Part shown: piece by piece, positions 18,746-29,358 of the stretch
Numbering within the stretch: position 1 is the first letter of the stretch
How the letters are laid out: every line of letters starts with the position of its first letter
Source of the DNA: Parcubacteria group bacterium
Lineage (GTDB): Bacteria > Patescibacteriota > Minisyncoccia > Phycocordibacterales > CALRBT01
DNA length: 64,000 nucleotides
NCBI GenBank assembly: GCA_943354475.1
Contig: CALRBT010000001.1
Location: 101,424-165,423 of the forward strand
Direction of reading: 5' to 3'
The notes under the pieces: generated by a model
What the model saw: the letters and a program-made list of their open reading frames with translations, nothing else
Databases searched by the model: none
What the model was told of the DNA's origin: nothing
Translations under genes and position numbers: made by a program

Positions 18746-19150
18746 ATGTTAAAATTACGATTACAGCGAGTAGGCCGAAAGCACCACTTCTCTTTCCGAG
18801 TGGTTTTGACCGATTCTAAAAATTCAGCGGGAAGCGGGAAGTATCTCGAAGTTCTTGGTTCATACGACCCAAAGAGTAAGGCAAAGGCGTTCAAGAAAGA
18901 CGAAATCCTCGCTCGAATCGGCCAAGGGGCGCAACTTTCTGAAACACTCCACAACCTCCTTGTTAGTGAGAAAATTATTGATGGTAAAAAAGTAAACGCA
19001 CTTCCAAAGAAAACAGCACCCAAAAAAGAAGTAGAGAAAGAAGCACCAGCTCCTGTGGCAGAGAAAGTAGAAGAGAAAGTTGAAACTCCTACTGAAGTGG
19101 TAGATGAAGTAACTCCAGAAGTCGCTTCAACAGAAGAGGTAGTTGCCTAA
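18746..19150 (+). CDS. rpsP: 30S ribosomal protein S16 with a K/E/P-rich C-terminal extension
   Basis: MLKLRLQRVGRKHHFSFRVVLTDSKNSAGSGKYLEVLGSYDP. Confidence 0.9.
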   Translation: MLKLRLQRVGRKHHFSFRVVLTDSKNSAGSGKYLEVLGSYDPKSKAKAFKKDEILARIGQGAQLSETLHNLLVSEKIIDGKKVNALPKKTAPKKEVEKEAPAPVAEKVEEKVETPTEVVDEVTPEVASTEEVVA

Positions 19151-19281
19151 CGTACACTATTCACAGTTTGGTTTGACGTATTGATTGGACAGGATAGAAT
19201 TAGAGTGTCAGTGATTGTAAGATGAGGCACTTACTGGTGACTTGGATCGAAATATATTTATAAAAAGTTTGTTAAGTAAGA

Positions 19282-19638
19282 TTGAATGACTATATGGAAG
19301 CAGATGCAAAATTCTTAGACACAGTGATTAGAGCGTTAGTTGAACATCCAGATGATGTAAAAATTAATCGAACAGTGGACGAAATGGGAGTACTTATTAC
19401 TCTTGAAGTTCATCCGGATGATATGGGTAAGATTATCGGACGTCAGGGTAATACTGCTAAGGCGATTCGAACCCTCTTGCGCGTTGTTGGAATGAAGAAT
19501 AATGCCCGTGTTAATCTTAAGATTAACGAACCAGAAGGTGGTAAGAAGCCAGCCGGTGTTATGGGAAGCTATGAGCACAATAGTGGGCAGAGCAATACTC
19601 GCACTATCGACGAGGTGATGGAAGGACTCGATTTGTAG
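19282..19638 (+). CDS. KH-domain RNA-binding protein (YlqC/UPF0109-like)
   Basis: MGKIIGRQGNTAKAIRTLL, a KH GxxG motif, in the conserved rpsP-KH-trmD context. The track start is TTG; an ATG follows at 19294. Confidence 0.75.
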   Translation: MNDYMEADAKFLDTVIRALVEHPDDVKINRTVDEMGVLITLEVHPDDMGKIIGRQGNTAKAIRTLLRVVGMKNNARVNLKINEPEGGKKPAGVMGSYEHNSGQSNTRTIDEVMEGLDL

Positions 19639-19891
19639 AATTTTGTAAAATCACTCCATCTACGTTGTTGCGATGCGAGTTTGCTATTCACCGTACGTCA
19701 CAGTACGGCTCAGTCGCAAACTCTTTCGCGCCTAGTAGCTGAAGCAATTTTCCAAATTCTGGGAATTATATCGATAATCGACAAAAACAAAAAACTGTGG
19801 CAATATCAAAGCCACAGTTTTTTGTTTGGCAGTTTTCATTTTTTGGTCTATACCTCCCAAACCCTATACCCCAAAACCTATCACCTAGTCC

Positions 19892-20542
19892 ATGCATTTC
19901 CACATCGTCACATTATTTCCTGAAGCCTTTACTTCCTATCTCGATACTTCAATTGTCGGGCGTGCCTTGCGTGAGAAAAAAATCAAAGTTAGCTTTTATA
20001 ATCCAAGGGATTTTACCAAAGAAAAACATGCTCGTGTTGATAAGCGACCATATAGCGGAGGTCCTGGTATGGTCCTCCAAGCTGAGCCGGTACTTAAGGC
20101 TGTTAAGAAGGCTATTTCAAAATCAAATAAGAAAGTTAAACCAGTAATTTTCTTTCTCGAGGCGGATGGAAAACAATTTGATAATACGATTGCAAGTAAC
20201 CTTTCAAAGAAAGCCAAAGACATCATTATTATCTGTGGGCACTATGAAGGTATTGATGCACGGGTCCAGAAGATTTTGAAGGCTAAGCCCCTTTCTATTG
20301 GCCCATATATTCTAACGGGTGGGGAATTGCCAGCACTCATCATGATTGATGCAATTGCAAGGCAGGTTGAAGGAGTGCTCGGTAACTTCTCGTCCATTGA
20401 AGAAAAACGCACCGCAACCTCGGAAGTTTACACTCGTCCTGAAATTCTCGAATATGCTGGCAAGAAATATCGTGTACCAAAAGTGCTTCTCTCTGGGGAC
20501 CACAAAAAGATTGAAGCTTGGAAGCAATCAAAGAGGGGTTGA
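19892..20542 (+). CDS. trmD: tRNA (guanine37-N1)-methyltransferase
   Basis: MHFHIVTLFPEAF...RVDKRPYSGGPGMVL...GHYEGIDARV. Confidence 0.9.
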   Translation: MHFHIVTLFPEAFTSYLDTSIVGRALREKKIKVSFYNPRDFTKEKHARVDKRPYSGGPGMVLQAEPVLKAVKKAISKSNKKVKPVIFFLEADGKQFDNTIASNLSKKAKDIIIICGHYEGIDARVQKILKAKPLSIGPYILTGGELPALIMIDAIARQVEGVLGNFSSIEEKRTATSEVYTRPEILEYAGKKYRVPKVLLSGDHKKIEAWKQSKRG

Positions 20543-20634
20543 ATAAAGTTTAAGAAAGCGGGTTAACGTTTACAAACTTCTTTGGTAGTATTCAATATGG
20601 AGGCCCCATCAACACCTAGTGGAGGAAGAATACC

Positions 20635-20784
20635 ATGGCTACTCAACGGAGAAATCTCCAGAAACCATACTTTCTTGGATCTTCGGTATTCAACAGAAAA
20701 ACACAAAAAGAAAAGTTGCGTTCGAAAAAGAAGGGAAAGAAACAGTTCCACCGAAATGGTAGTCGCTTCGTGCGACCTGACTGA
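20635..20784 (+). CDS. Unannotated 49-aa highly basic protein (MATQRRNLQKPYFLGSSVFNRKTQKEKLRSKKKGKKQFHRNGSRFVRPD)
   Basis: Canonical Shine-Dalgarno GGAGGAAG lies 6 nt before the ATG. It is absent from the ORF track because it is under 60 aa. A 13-bp hairpin follows at about 20819-20846. Confidence 0.45.
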   Translation: MATQRRNLQKPYFLGSSVFNRKTQKEKLRSKKKGKKQFHRNGSRFVRPD

Positions 20785-20818
20785 AGTGGGCGGTAGTCCT
20801 GCCACAAGAAATGATTTA

Positions 20819-20846
20819 TCACCCCGCGAGCTGGCTCGCGGGGTGA
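20819..20846 (+). terminator. Strong hairpin TCACCCCGCGAGC/GCTCGCGGGGTGA
   Basis: 13-bp stem read directly, with a weak U tract after it. Confidence 0.45.
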
Positions 20847-20865
20847 GTACGGTTTAGGTGCACCC

Positions 20866-20895
20866 TTGACGCATTATGAGGGGGTGGGGTATACT
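20866..20895 (+). promoter_or_regulatory. Sigma70-like promoter TTGACG, 18 nt, TATACT for the rpoB leader
   Basis: Read directly from the sequence. Confidence 0.45.
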
Positions 20896-20992
20896 ATATC
20901 TAACCTTTTAGATTGAGTTTCGATTGTTAAAGAGGCTTTGGATGGTAATGTTTCTTGCTTTTAGTAAGAGATAAGTTTCTAAATACAGTAAT

Positions 20993-21037
20993 CAAAACAC
21001 CTTAAATAGTTAAAGGTAGTTTTGCTTTTTTGCGTTT
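20993..21037 (+). terminator. Attenuator-like intrinsic terminator inside the rpoB leader (CAAAACACCTT..AAGGTAGTTTTG plus CTTTTTTGCGTTT)
   Basis: Hairpin followed by a T run, read directly. A 10-codon ORF (MVMFLAFSKR, about 20940-20972) with an AAAGAGG ribosome-binding site lies between the promoter and the hairpin. Confidence 0.4.
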
Positions 21038-21187
21038 ATAAAATTCTACCGATTTCTCACCCTTCTCTTTTGAGAACAAAACCTGTGAGGATGAGGTGAC
21101 AGTGCGATTAACCATTATAGCCTGTAGCATACTCACAAAACGCTCTTTGTGAGCAGGTCTTAGCAACCCTCTAAACAATATTTTCTT

Positions 21188-24100
21188 ATGCCAATTGAGA
21201 AAAAGTATTTCGGCCGATACAAGAAACCTCTCGCCCCAGTTCCACAGTTGGCCTCTGCACAAATGCACTCATATGAGTGGCTAAAAACAGAAGGCCTCAA
21301 AGAAATTTTCAAAGAGTTCTCTCCAATTGAAGACTATTCAGGCAAGAAATTCCATTTGGAATTTACAAGTTTTGATCTCGCCGAACCAAAGTACGATGAG
21401 TTCTATGCTAAGGCAAACAAACTCTCATACGAGGCACCACTCCGCGTTCGTATTTCTCTCAAGAACAAGACAATCAATACCGAAAAAGAGCAGGAGCTCT
21501 TTATGGCTGATTTCCCAATAATGACCTCACACGGAACCTTCATCATCAATGGTGTTGAGCGTGTTGTCGTGCCACAGCTCGCAAGATCATTTGGAGTTTT
21601 CTTCAACTCACAGGAAATCAAAGGTAAGAAATATTTTGGCGCAAAAATTATCCCAGCTCGCGGAGCCTGGGTTGAGATTGAAGCTGATGCCGACAAAGTA
21701 CTTTATGTTCGAATTGACCGAAAACGAAAATTCTCAATCACCTCACTCCTTCGTGTACTTGGTGCACCAACTGATGCTGATATCCTTGCCCTTGCTGACG
21801 GTAATCCAGAACTCAAAGCACACCTCGAAGCATCACTTGCCAAAGACACCGCAAAGAACGTTGATGAATCATACATTGAGATTCATAAGAAACTTCGTGA
21901 TGGAGACTTGGCGACCGTTGAAAACGCAAAGGAATTCATCGATTCTATTTTTAGTAAAACTCGTTACGACCTCAACAAGGTTGGACGTTTTCGTTTCAAC
22001 AAGCGTTTTGGCAAATCTCTCGCTGAAAAGGATCTTGAGATTCGCACTGTCGATCTTTCTGATTTTACCATCATCATCAAACACATCGCTCACCTCAACT
22101 CAATTCCTGATGCAACCGAAGATGATATTGACCACCTAGGATCTCGTCGTGTTCGTTATGTTGGAGAAATGTTCCAGCAGAAAATTCGTGTTGGTATGTC
22201 ACGCATGAAGCGAAACATCCAAGATCGAATGTCTACTATTGATGCAGATGCGACACTTCCAGTGCAATTCATTAACCCACGACCACTTCAGGCACAGCTC
22301 AAAGAATTCTTTACCGCAAACCAACTTTCACAATTCATGCAACAGGAGAATGTGCTCACCGAAGTTGAACAGCTCCGTCTCCTTTCAGCACTTGGACAAG
22401 GAGGACTTACTCGTGAACGAGCCGGCTTTGAGGTTCGTGACGTTCACTCATCTCACTATGGACGCGTTTGTCCAATCCACACACCTGAAGGACCAAACAT
22501 TGGTCTTATTCTTCACTTGGCAACCTATGCTCGAATCAATGAATTTGGAATGATTGAAACGCCGTACGCAAAGGTGAAGAACGCTAAAGTTCAAGACGAT
22601 ATTGTTTACCTCAACGCCTCAGAAGAGGAAGGATATGTGATTGCCCACGCTGGAGCAAAGGTAGATAAAGATAATAATATTATTGAAGATCGAGTTGAAG
22701 CCAGACTTGAGGGTGAACCGGTGATGGCAAAGAAAGAGGATGTTAGCTATATCGACGTTGCAACTAACCAAGCATTCTCAATTGCCACTTCGATGATTCC
22801 ATTCCTTGAGAACGACGACGCTAACCGAGCACTCATGGGTTCAAACATGCAGAAGCAAGCAACCCCTTGTATTATTCCTGAGGCACCACTCGTGGCTACT
22901 GGTATTGAAGAGCGATTGGCAATGGATTCAGGCCGTCTCGTTCTTGCAAAAGAAGATGGTATTGTCACCTACGTCGATGCCCGAATGATTAAAGTAAAGA
23001 ATGCAAAGGATGATGAGAAAGTTTACAGTCTCATCAACTTCTCTCGAACAAACAACTTCACTATTTTCCATCAACGACCTTCAGTTGAATTAGGACAGAA
23101 AGTAAAGAAAGGTGAGTTACTCGCCGACACTTCTACTTCAGATTATGGACAGGCAGCTATCGGACAGAACGCACGCGTTGCCTTTATGTCATGGTCTGGA
23201 TCAAACTACGAAGACGCTATCATCCTCTCAGAGCGATTGGTTAAGAACAGTAAATTTACTTCAATTCATATCGAAGAATTTGTGGTTAATGTTCGTGATA
23301 CAAAGCTAGGACCTGAAATCACAACACACGATATTCCAAACGTTGGAGAGAATAAATTAAAGAACCTTGATGAGGACGGAATTATCCGTATCGGTGCTGA
23401 AGTTCGAACTGGAGACATATTGGTTGGTAAGATTACACCAAAGGGAGAGACACAACTAACTCCAGAAGAGAGACTTCTCCGCTCAATCTTTGGTGAGAAA
23501 GCACGTGACGTGAAAGATACCTCACTTCGAATGGAATCAGGAAAGCGTGGACGTATTATTGGCGTTAAAGTTTTCTCACGCGAGCGAGGCGACTCACTAG
23601 AGTCCGGTATTATCAAGAAAATTTATATTGAAGTTGCGCAGCTACGAAACATTTCAGTTGGAGATAAGCTTGCAGGACGACACGGTAACAAAGGAGTTAT
23701 CTCAAAGATTCTTCCTGAAGAGGATATGCCATACATGGCAGATGGAACACCAATTGACGTGATTCTTACACCCCTTGGTGTGCCTTCACGTATGAACCTT
23801 GGTCAAATTCTCGAGCTCCATTTGGGACTTGCTGCACATACACTTAACTATCAAGCGATTGTTCCATCATTTGCAGGAGCAACTGACGTTGAAATCAAAG
23901 AAGAACTAAAGAAAGCAGGATTTAATGAAAGTGGTAAGGTAAAACTTTACGACGGACGGACTGGCGAAGCCTTCGAGCAGGACATCGCGATGGGATACAT
24001 GTACATCTTAAAGCTTCATCACATGGTTGAAGACAAGATTCACATGCGATCAATTGGTCCATACTCACTCGTTACTCAGCAACCACTTGGAGGAAAGGCG

Positions 24101-24409
24101 CAAGAGGGAGGACAGCGATTTGGAGAAATGGAAGTCTGGGCGCTCCTCGGTTATGGTGCCGCTTACACGCTTCGAGAAATGCTCACCATCAAGTCAGACG
24201 ATATCGTAGGACGTTCTGCCGCCTTCGACTCAATCGTTAAAGGTAAGCATCTTGATCAGCCATATCTTCCAGCATCATTTAATGTGTTGCTCAATAACCT
24301 TCGTGGACTAGCGCTTGATGTTGAACTCAAGAAGGAGAGAAAAGGGGCAGCTGCGGACACTTATGTTCGTGAAGGAAAATCATTATCAGCTCAGGGTGCG
24401 AACGAATAA
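21188..24409 (+). CDS. rpoB: DNA-directed RNA polymerase beta subunit, compact at 1073 aa
   Basis: Conserved beta-subunit blocks throughout (GRHGNKGVISKILP, MGSNMQKQA and others). Confidence 0.95.
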   Translation: MPIEKKYFGRYKKPLAPVPQLASAQMHSYEWLKTEGLKEIFKEFSPIEDYSGKKFHLEFTSFDLAEPKYDEFYAKANKLSYEAPLRVRISLKNKTINTEKEQELFMADFPIMTSHGTFIINGVERVVVPQLARSFGVFFNSQEIKGKKYFGAKIIPARGAWVEIEADADKVLYVRIDRKRKFSITSLLRVLGAPTDADILALADGNPELKAHLEASLAKDTAKNVDESYIEIHKKLRDGDLATVENAKEFIDSIFSKTRYDLNKVGRFRFNKRFGKSLAEKDLEIRTVDLSDFTIIIKHIAHLNSIPDATEDDIDHLGSRRVRYVGEMFQQKIRVGMSRMKRNIQDRMSTIDADATLPVQFINPRPLQAQLKEFFTANQLSQFMQQENVLTEVEQLRLLSALGQGGLTRERAGFEVRDVHSSHYGRVCPIHTPEGPNIGLILHLATYARINEFGMIETPYAKVKNAKVQDDIVYLNASEEEGYVIAHAGAKVDKDNNIIEDRVEARLEGEPVMAKKEDVSYIDVATNQAFSIATSMIPFLENDDANRALMGSNMQKQATPCIIPEAPLVATGIEERLAMDSGRLVLAKEDGIVTYVDARMIKVKNAKDDEKVYSLINFSRTNNFTIFHQRPSVELGQKVKKGELLADTSTSDYGQAAIGQNARVAFMSWSGSNYEDAIILSERLVKNSKFTSIHIEEFVVNVRDTKLGPEITTHDIPNVGENKLKNLDEDGIIRIGAEVRTGDILVGKITPKGETQLTPEERLLRSIFGEKARDVKDTSLRMESGKRGRIIGVKVFSRERGDSLESGIIKKIYIEVAQLRNISVGDKLAGRHGNKGVISKILPEEDMPYMADGTPIDVILTPLGVPSRMNLGQILELHLGLAAHTLNYQAIVPSFAGATDVEIKEELKKAGFNESGKVKLYDGRTGEAFEQDIAMGYMYILKLHHMVEDKIHMRSIGPYSLVTQQPLGGKAQEGGQRFGEMEVWALLGYGAAYTLREMLTIKSDDIVGRSAAFDSIVKGKHLDQPYLPASFNVLLNNLRGLALDVELKKERKGAAADTYVREGKSLSAQGANE

Positions 24410-24422
24410 CTAAACAATAAAT

Positions 24423-27400
24423 ATGTCAACAAAATTTGAAAACAATGTTGAAGATAAGGGTAAGGTATTCGGCGCACCGACTTCATCTGGAATGAATCGC
24501 AAACCGGATGTTCCTGACTTTGATATCATCTCAATCAAACTTGCTTCTCCTGATCGTATTAAGGAGTGGTCATTTGGTGAAGTTACAAAACCTGAAACTA
24601 TTAACTACCGAACACAGCGATCTGAAAAGAGCGGACTCTTTGATGAAAAGATATTTGGACCTGAGAAGGACTATGAGTGTTACTGTGGAAAGTATCGGGG
24701 TATTCGCTACAAAGGAATTGTTTGTGAGAAATGTGGTGTTGAAATAACTCGTTCAATTGTTAGACGAGAGCGAATGGGTCACATCGAACTTGCTGTTCCT
24801 GTTTCCCACATCTGGTTCCTTCGAAGTATTCCTTCACGAATCGGAATGGTTCTTGGAATTCAAACGAGCGAACTTGAAAAAGTTATTTACTTTGGTGGAT
24901 ACATCATCACTATGGTTAACGAAGCAGAGCGCGCTCGAATTCTTCGAGATATCGATTCTGAATACAAATCAAAAGTTAAGTCTCTAGTTGACGATAAATC
25001 AAAAGAGAAAATGAAAGAGCTCTTGGTAGCCGCCAAGAAAGACGTAGAAGGTATTGTGGAAGGTCGCGTGCTTGATGAAGCGGATTACCACAAGTACACC
25101 ATCAAATACAGCACACTCTTTGAGGCAGGAATCGGCGCCGAAGCTATTTATAATATTTGTCGAAGCCTTGATCTCAAGAAGCTTGTTGAGATTATGGAAA
25201 CCGCACTTGAAAAAGCGGGGGCTATTGAACGTGAGAAACTTCAAAAAAGACTCTCACTCATTCGTTCAATGATTCGTTCAAACGTTCGTCCTGAATGGAT
25301 GTTCCTCGTACACATCCCTGTAATTCCACCAGCACTTCGTCCAATGGTAGCTCTCGAAGGAGGACGTCACGCGACATCCGACATCAACGATCTCTATAGA
25401 CGCGTCATCAACCGAAACAATCGTTTGAAGAAATTGAAAGAGATCAACGCACCAGAAGTCATTCTTCGAAACGAGAAGCGAATTCTTCAGGAGGCAGTCG
25501 ACTCACTTATCGACAACTCAATTCGTCACGGTAATGCGCTCGGTGCGATGAGTCAGGCACAGCGACGTCCACTAAAGTCACTCTCAGATAACCTCAAATC
25601 AAAGCAAGGACTCTTCCGTCAGAATCTCCTTGGTAAACGTGTTGACTACTCAGGACGATCAGTGATCGTCGTAGGACCAACACTCTCTCTTGATCAATGT
25701 GGTTTGCCAAAGCATATGGCACTCGAGCTCTTCAAACCGTTTGTGATTTCAAAGTTGCTCGAACGAGAGCTTGCCTTCAACATCCGTGGAGCAGGGCGTT
25801 TAATTGACGACGCCATTCCAGAAGTATGGGCAATCCTCGAAGAGATCATTAAAGATAAGTACGTACTCCTTAACCGTGCGCCAACCCTTCACCGCTTGGG
25901 TATTCAGGCATTCCGCCCAGTCTTGATTGAAGGAAACGCAATCCAAGTGCACCCACTCGTTTGTTCTGCTTTCAACGCAGACTTCGATGGTGACCAGATG
26001 GCCGTCCACCTACCTCTCGGCGAAGAAGCACAGATGGAGGCTCGTGAGATTATGGCCGCCAACAAGAACCTCTTGAAGCCTGGAAACGGCGAAATGGTGT
26101 TCTCAGCAAAGATGCTCGACATCGTCCTTGGTTGTTATTGGATGACTAAAGTAATCGCAGGAGAGAAGGGAGAAGGGATGATTTTCCCATCTCCAAACAA
26201 TGCTATTACTGCCTACGACTACGGAGCAGTGAGCTTTAGAGCTAAGGTCAAGGTGCTCGGTACTGATAGTCCTAAATACGCAGAGTTTGATGGTGCGGTA
26301 TTTGAGACAACCGTTGGACGACTCCTCTTTAACAGTGTGCTTCCAAAGGACTACCCATATATCAACAAAGAGATTGATCGTAAGGTGCTCGCATCACTCG
26401 TTGATGACGTGTTGGAGCGATATGGTCCAGCCAAAGTACCAGATATTCTCGATAAGATTAAGACCTTTGGATTCAAGTACGCGACACACTCAGGAATTAC
26501 CTGGGGACTTGATGATATTCGTATTCCAGAAGGAAAGCATGCCATCATTAAAGAAGGACGACGACAGTCAGAAGAGGCAATGCAACAGTTCAACGACGGA
26601 TTCCTTTCTGAAGAAGAGCGTTACCGAAAAAATATTGAGATTTGGCACGGTGCCAAGAATGAAATCGAAAAGTTGATTCCAGATTCTCTTGAGAAAGATG
26701 GTTCTGTCTTCGATATGATCAACTCAGGAGCCAGAGGATCTCTCGCACAGATTACTCAGATGGCCGGAATGAAGGGCCTCATTGTTTCGCCAAAGGGTGA
26801 GACAATCGAGTTCCCAATTCTTACTTCAACCAAAGAAGGTCTCACACCAATTGAGTACTTTATTACAACTCACGGATCACGAAAGAACCTATCGGACACT
26901 GCACTTAACACATCAAAAGCAGGATACCTCACTCGTCGTCTCTTCGTAGTGGCGCAGGATGTTATCGTTATTGAAGATGATTGTGGTACCAAAGAGGGAA
27001 TTAAGATGACCAAAGCTTCAGCTTCAGGAATTGAAGTGTCCCTCGCTCGAAACATCCGCGGCCGAGTACTTGCCGAAGAGGTTCAAGATGGTGGCAAGAC
27101 ACTCTTCAAGAAAGGACACCTCCTTACCAAGTACGAGGCAGAGCAGATTGAGAAAGCTGGAATTACTGAAGTTCTTGTTCGTTCACCACTTACCTGTAAG
27201 AGTCCAAAGGGTCTCTGTCAGCAGTGTTACGGAGTTGACCTTGGAAACAATGAATTAATCAACCTTGGTGAAGCAGTCGGTACGGTAGCTGCACAGGCTA
27301 TCGGAGAGCCAGGAACACAGCTAACCATGCGTACGTTCCACTCCGGAGGTGTGGCATCAGTTGGTGGAGACATCACCTCAGGTCTCCCTCGCGTGGAAGA

Positions 27401-28184
27401 AATCTTTGAACGACATATGCCAAAGAACCCAGCAATTGTCGCAACTGTTACTGGTGTTGTTGTTGAAATCAAAGATGAAGGGAAAGAAAAGATTATTGTT
27501 GTTCTTCCAAACGCAGGAGAAAAAGCAAAAAACAAACTAAAGAAGAAAGATACTGGAGAAACGGTTGAATACACCGTAAACTTCCGCCGAATGATTTTGG
27601 TTAAATCAGGTCAAGAAATCAAGCGAGGAGACTTCCTTACTGACGGATCTGCGGATATTAATGATGTATTTGCCTACGGTGGAAAAGAGAAAGCTGAGCA
27701 ATACATCATTAGTGAAATCACCAAGATTTATGAACTTCAAGGAGCTTCAATTTCACGAAAGCACTTGGAGGTAATTGTTCGCCAAATGTTCTCACGTCGC
27801 AAGGTTAAAGATGCAGGTGATACCGATTTCTCAAAGGGAGATGTGGTTGAACACGCAATGCTTATCGCTGAGAACAAGCGAGTGAAGGCCCTCGGTAAGG
27901 ATGAAGCAAAAGCAGATGATATGGTTATGGGTGTCTCTGAAGTCTCGCTTACAAGGAAGAGCTTTATGGCAGCGGCATCGTTCCAGAACACCACCAAGGT
28001 GCTCATTAACTCAGCAATCCGCGGAGTAGTTGATAACCTAGTTGGTCTCAAGGAAAACGTAATCATCGGTCGCCTCATTCCTGCAGGAACTGGCTTTGTT
28101 GGTTCACCAAAATTCAAGGCAATCGCTGCAATGAAAAACGCTAGACCTGTTGAAGTGGAGCCTGTTATTGAAGATCAAGTGTAA
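24423..28184 (+). CDS. rpoC: DNA-directed RNA polymerase beta-prime subunit
   Basis: Zn-binding CxxC..CxxC near the N-terminus, the NADFDGD catalytic motif and C-terminal conserved blocks. Confidence 0.95.
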   Translation: MSTKFENNVEDKGKVFGAPTSSGMNRKPDVPDFDIISIKLASPDRIKEWSFGEVTKPETINYRTQRSEKSGLFDEKIFGPEKDYECYCGKYRGIRYKGIVCEKCGVEITRSIVRRERMGHIELAVPVSHIWFLRSIPSRIGMVLGIQTSELEKVIYFGGYIITMVNEAERARILRDIDSEYKSKVKSLVDDKSKEKMKELLVAAKKDVEGIVEGRVLDEADYHKYTIKYSTLFEAGIGAEAIYNICRSLDLKKLVEIMETALEKAGAIEREKLQKRLSLIRSMIRSNVRPEWMFLVHIPVIPPALRPMVALEGGRHATSDINDLYRRVINRNNRLKKLKEINAPEVILRNEKRILQEAVDSLIDNSIRHGNALGAMSQAQRRPLKSLSDNLKSKQGLFRQNLLGKRVDYSGRSVIVVGPTLSLDQCGLPKHMALELFKPFVISKLLERELAFNIRGAGRLIDDAIPEVWAILEEIIKDKYVLLNRAPTLHRLGIQAFRPVLIEGNAIQVHPLVCSAFNADFDGDQMAVHLPLGEEAQMEAREIMAANKNLLKPGNGEMVFSAKMLDIVLGCYWMTKVIAGEKGEGMIFPSPNNAITAYDYGAVSFRAKVKVLGTDSPKYAEFDGAVFETTVGRLLFNSVLPKDYPYINKEIDRKVLASLVDDVLERYGPAKVPDILDKIKTFGFKYATHSGITWGLDDIRIPEGKHAIIKEGRRQSEEAMQQFNDGFLSEEERYRKNIEIWHGAKNEIEKLIPDSLEKDGSVFDMINSGARGSLAQITQMAGMKGLIVSPKGETIEFPILTSTKEGLTPIEYFITTHGSRKNLSDTALNTSKAGYLTRRLFVVAQDVIVIEDDCGTKEGIKMTKASASGIEVSLARNIRGRVLAEEVQDGGKTLFKKGHLLTKYEAEQIEKAGITEVLVRSPLTCKSPKGLCQQCYGVDLGNNELINLGEAVGTVAAQAIGEPGTQLTMRTFHSGGVASVGGDITSGLPRVEEIFERHMPKNPAIVATVTGVVVEIKDEGKEKIIVVLPNAGEKAKNKLKKKDTGETVEYTVNFRRMILVKSGQEIKRGDFLTDGSADINDVFAYGGKEKAEQYIISEITKIYELQGASISRKHLEVIVRQMFSRRKVKDAGDTDFSKGDVVEHAMLIAENKRVKALGKDEAKADDMVMGVSEVSLTRKSFMAAASFQNTTKVLINSAIRGVVDNLVGLKENVIIGRLIPAGTGFVGSPKFKAIAAMKNARPVEVEPVIEDQV

Positions 28185-28218
28185 TCCAGTATCTAGTAAT
28201 AGAATCTAAAAATATTTC

Positions 28219-28827
28219 GTGAAAAAAAAGCTAATCATCCCCATACTTCTTATTGTGGTTGGGAGTGTCGGTTACTTTGCCTTCTATAAACTATTGCAAA
28301 AACCTGAATCAATAGTTCAAACCACTCTACCAGAAGGGTACCAAACTTATACAAACGCTGACCTTGGTGTAACAGTTAGTGTTCCAAAAGACTGGGTAAT
28401 TACCGCTATCGACGAAACTGGTAATGGTTCAACAACAAAGGTAACTATATCCTCGCCTGACCTGGAAACCAAACATACCACTGTAGGAGGTGGGGAAATC
28501 ATACGTAAAGGAGGAGAGTTTGGGTTTTCATCTGAACCCGTTACAGATGAGGAGCAAGAACGAATTACACTTCCTCAAGCGAAAACTCCATCAGGAGATA
28601 ACTTTGTTTCAAGAGAAGCGATTACAGTTGATGGTCAAACTGTCTTCCTTGATACATACCTAGGGGACTTTGAAGACCTGTCAGCGAAAGACCAAAGAAA
28701 ACTGAGTTCGGCAGCATTCTTCTATAATGGAAAATTATACAGTTTTTCATTTACCTATGGTCCAAGTTTAATTAACCACGACGAAATACTTAAAAACTTT
28801 ATCGAAGGATTCAAGATAAGTCGTTAG
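28219..28827 (+). CDS. Hypothetical membrane-anchored (N-terminal TM) protein
   Basis: N-terminal hydrophobic helix. No recognisable catalytic motif. Confidence 0.5.
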   Translation: MKKKLIIPILLIVVGSVGYFAFYKLLQKPESIVQTTLPEGYQTYTNADLGVTVSVPKDWVITAIDETGNGSTTKVTISSPDLETKHTTVGGGEIIRKGGEFGFSSEPVTDEEQERITLPQAKTPSGDNFVSREAITVDGQTVFLDTYLGDFEDLSAKDQRKLSSAAFFYNGKLYSFSFTYGPSLINHDEILKNFIEGFKISR

Positions 28828-28839
28828 AGTAGTCGATTT

Positions 28840-28883
28840 AACCAACAAAAGCCTCGGCAGAAATGCCGAGGCTTTTGTTGGTT
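28840..28883 (+). terminator. Perfect 20-bp stem hairpin AACCAACAAAAGCCTCGGCA-GAAA-TGCCGAGGCTTTTGTTGGTT
   Basis: Read directly from the sequence. Confidence 0.65.
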
Positions 28884-29358
28884 AAAATCAGTTGCTAAAC
28901 TACATTCAGTATTACCGCAACAGTCTTCGTGTAAATCAAGAAAGCCCCGGCAAGAATGCGCGAGGCTTTCTGTCGGGGCGACGGTGGTTATGGTCGACTT
29001 TACGTCTTGGCTATTACCACCGTTGTTGTGTATACGGGGGTCAGCCCTTCATTACTTGCTATCGGTGCAAGAAGTACTATTGTACTAGTGGTAACAATCC
29101 TGTAGCCATCGTGCTTTGCCAGTTCGAGTTCGATGGACCGCTCGTGGTGCACTAACCCTTCTGTTGACACTATTAAAATCTTGTCAAACATCGCAGTAAA
29201 CCTTCTTTCTTTTGTGGTGGCTTGATAATAGTGTACAGTATAAATTAGAATATGTCAAACAGATTTTGCTGTGTGCTATAATGATCTTAATTCATTAACA
29301 CTGTCTCTAGTTTTAAACCCCACCCCCTAAAACCTATCACCTATAACCTTGCTCTCCT

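Noticed and set aside
19681-20147. ORFs 19681..19923 and 19797..20147 between the KH gene and trmD, and overlapping trmD
   Set aside because: They overlap the well-supported trmD in other frames and have no motifs. The real KH-trmD spacer is about 250 bp of non-coding sequence containing the G-free leader motif.
20543-20860. I considered a tmRNA, RNase P RNA, SRP RNA or 6S RNA gene in the long trmD-rpoB spacer.
   Set aside because: None of the hallmark motifs was found (tmRNA 3' T-arm/CCA with an ALAA tag, RNase P P4 AGGAAAGUCCGGGC, SRP GGAAGCAGCC). A Shine-Dalgarno-led 49-aa ORF explains most of the region instead.
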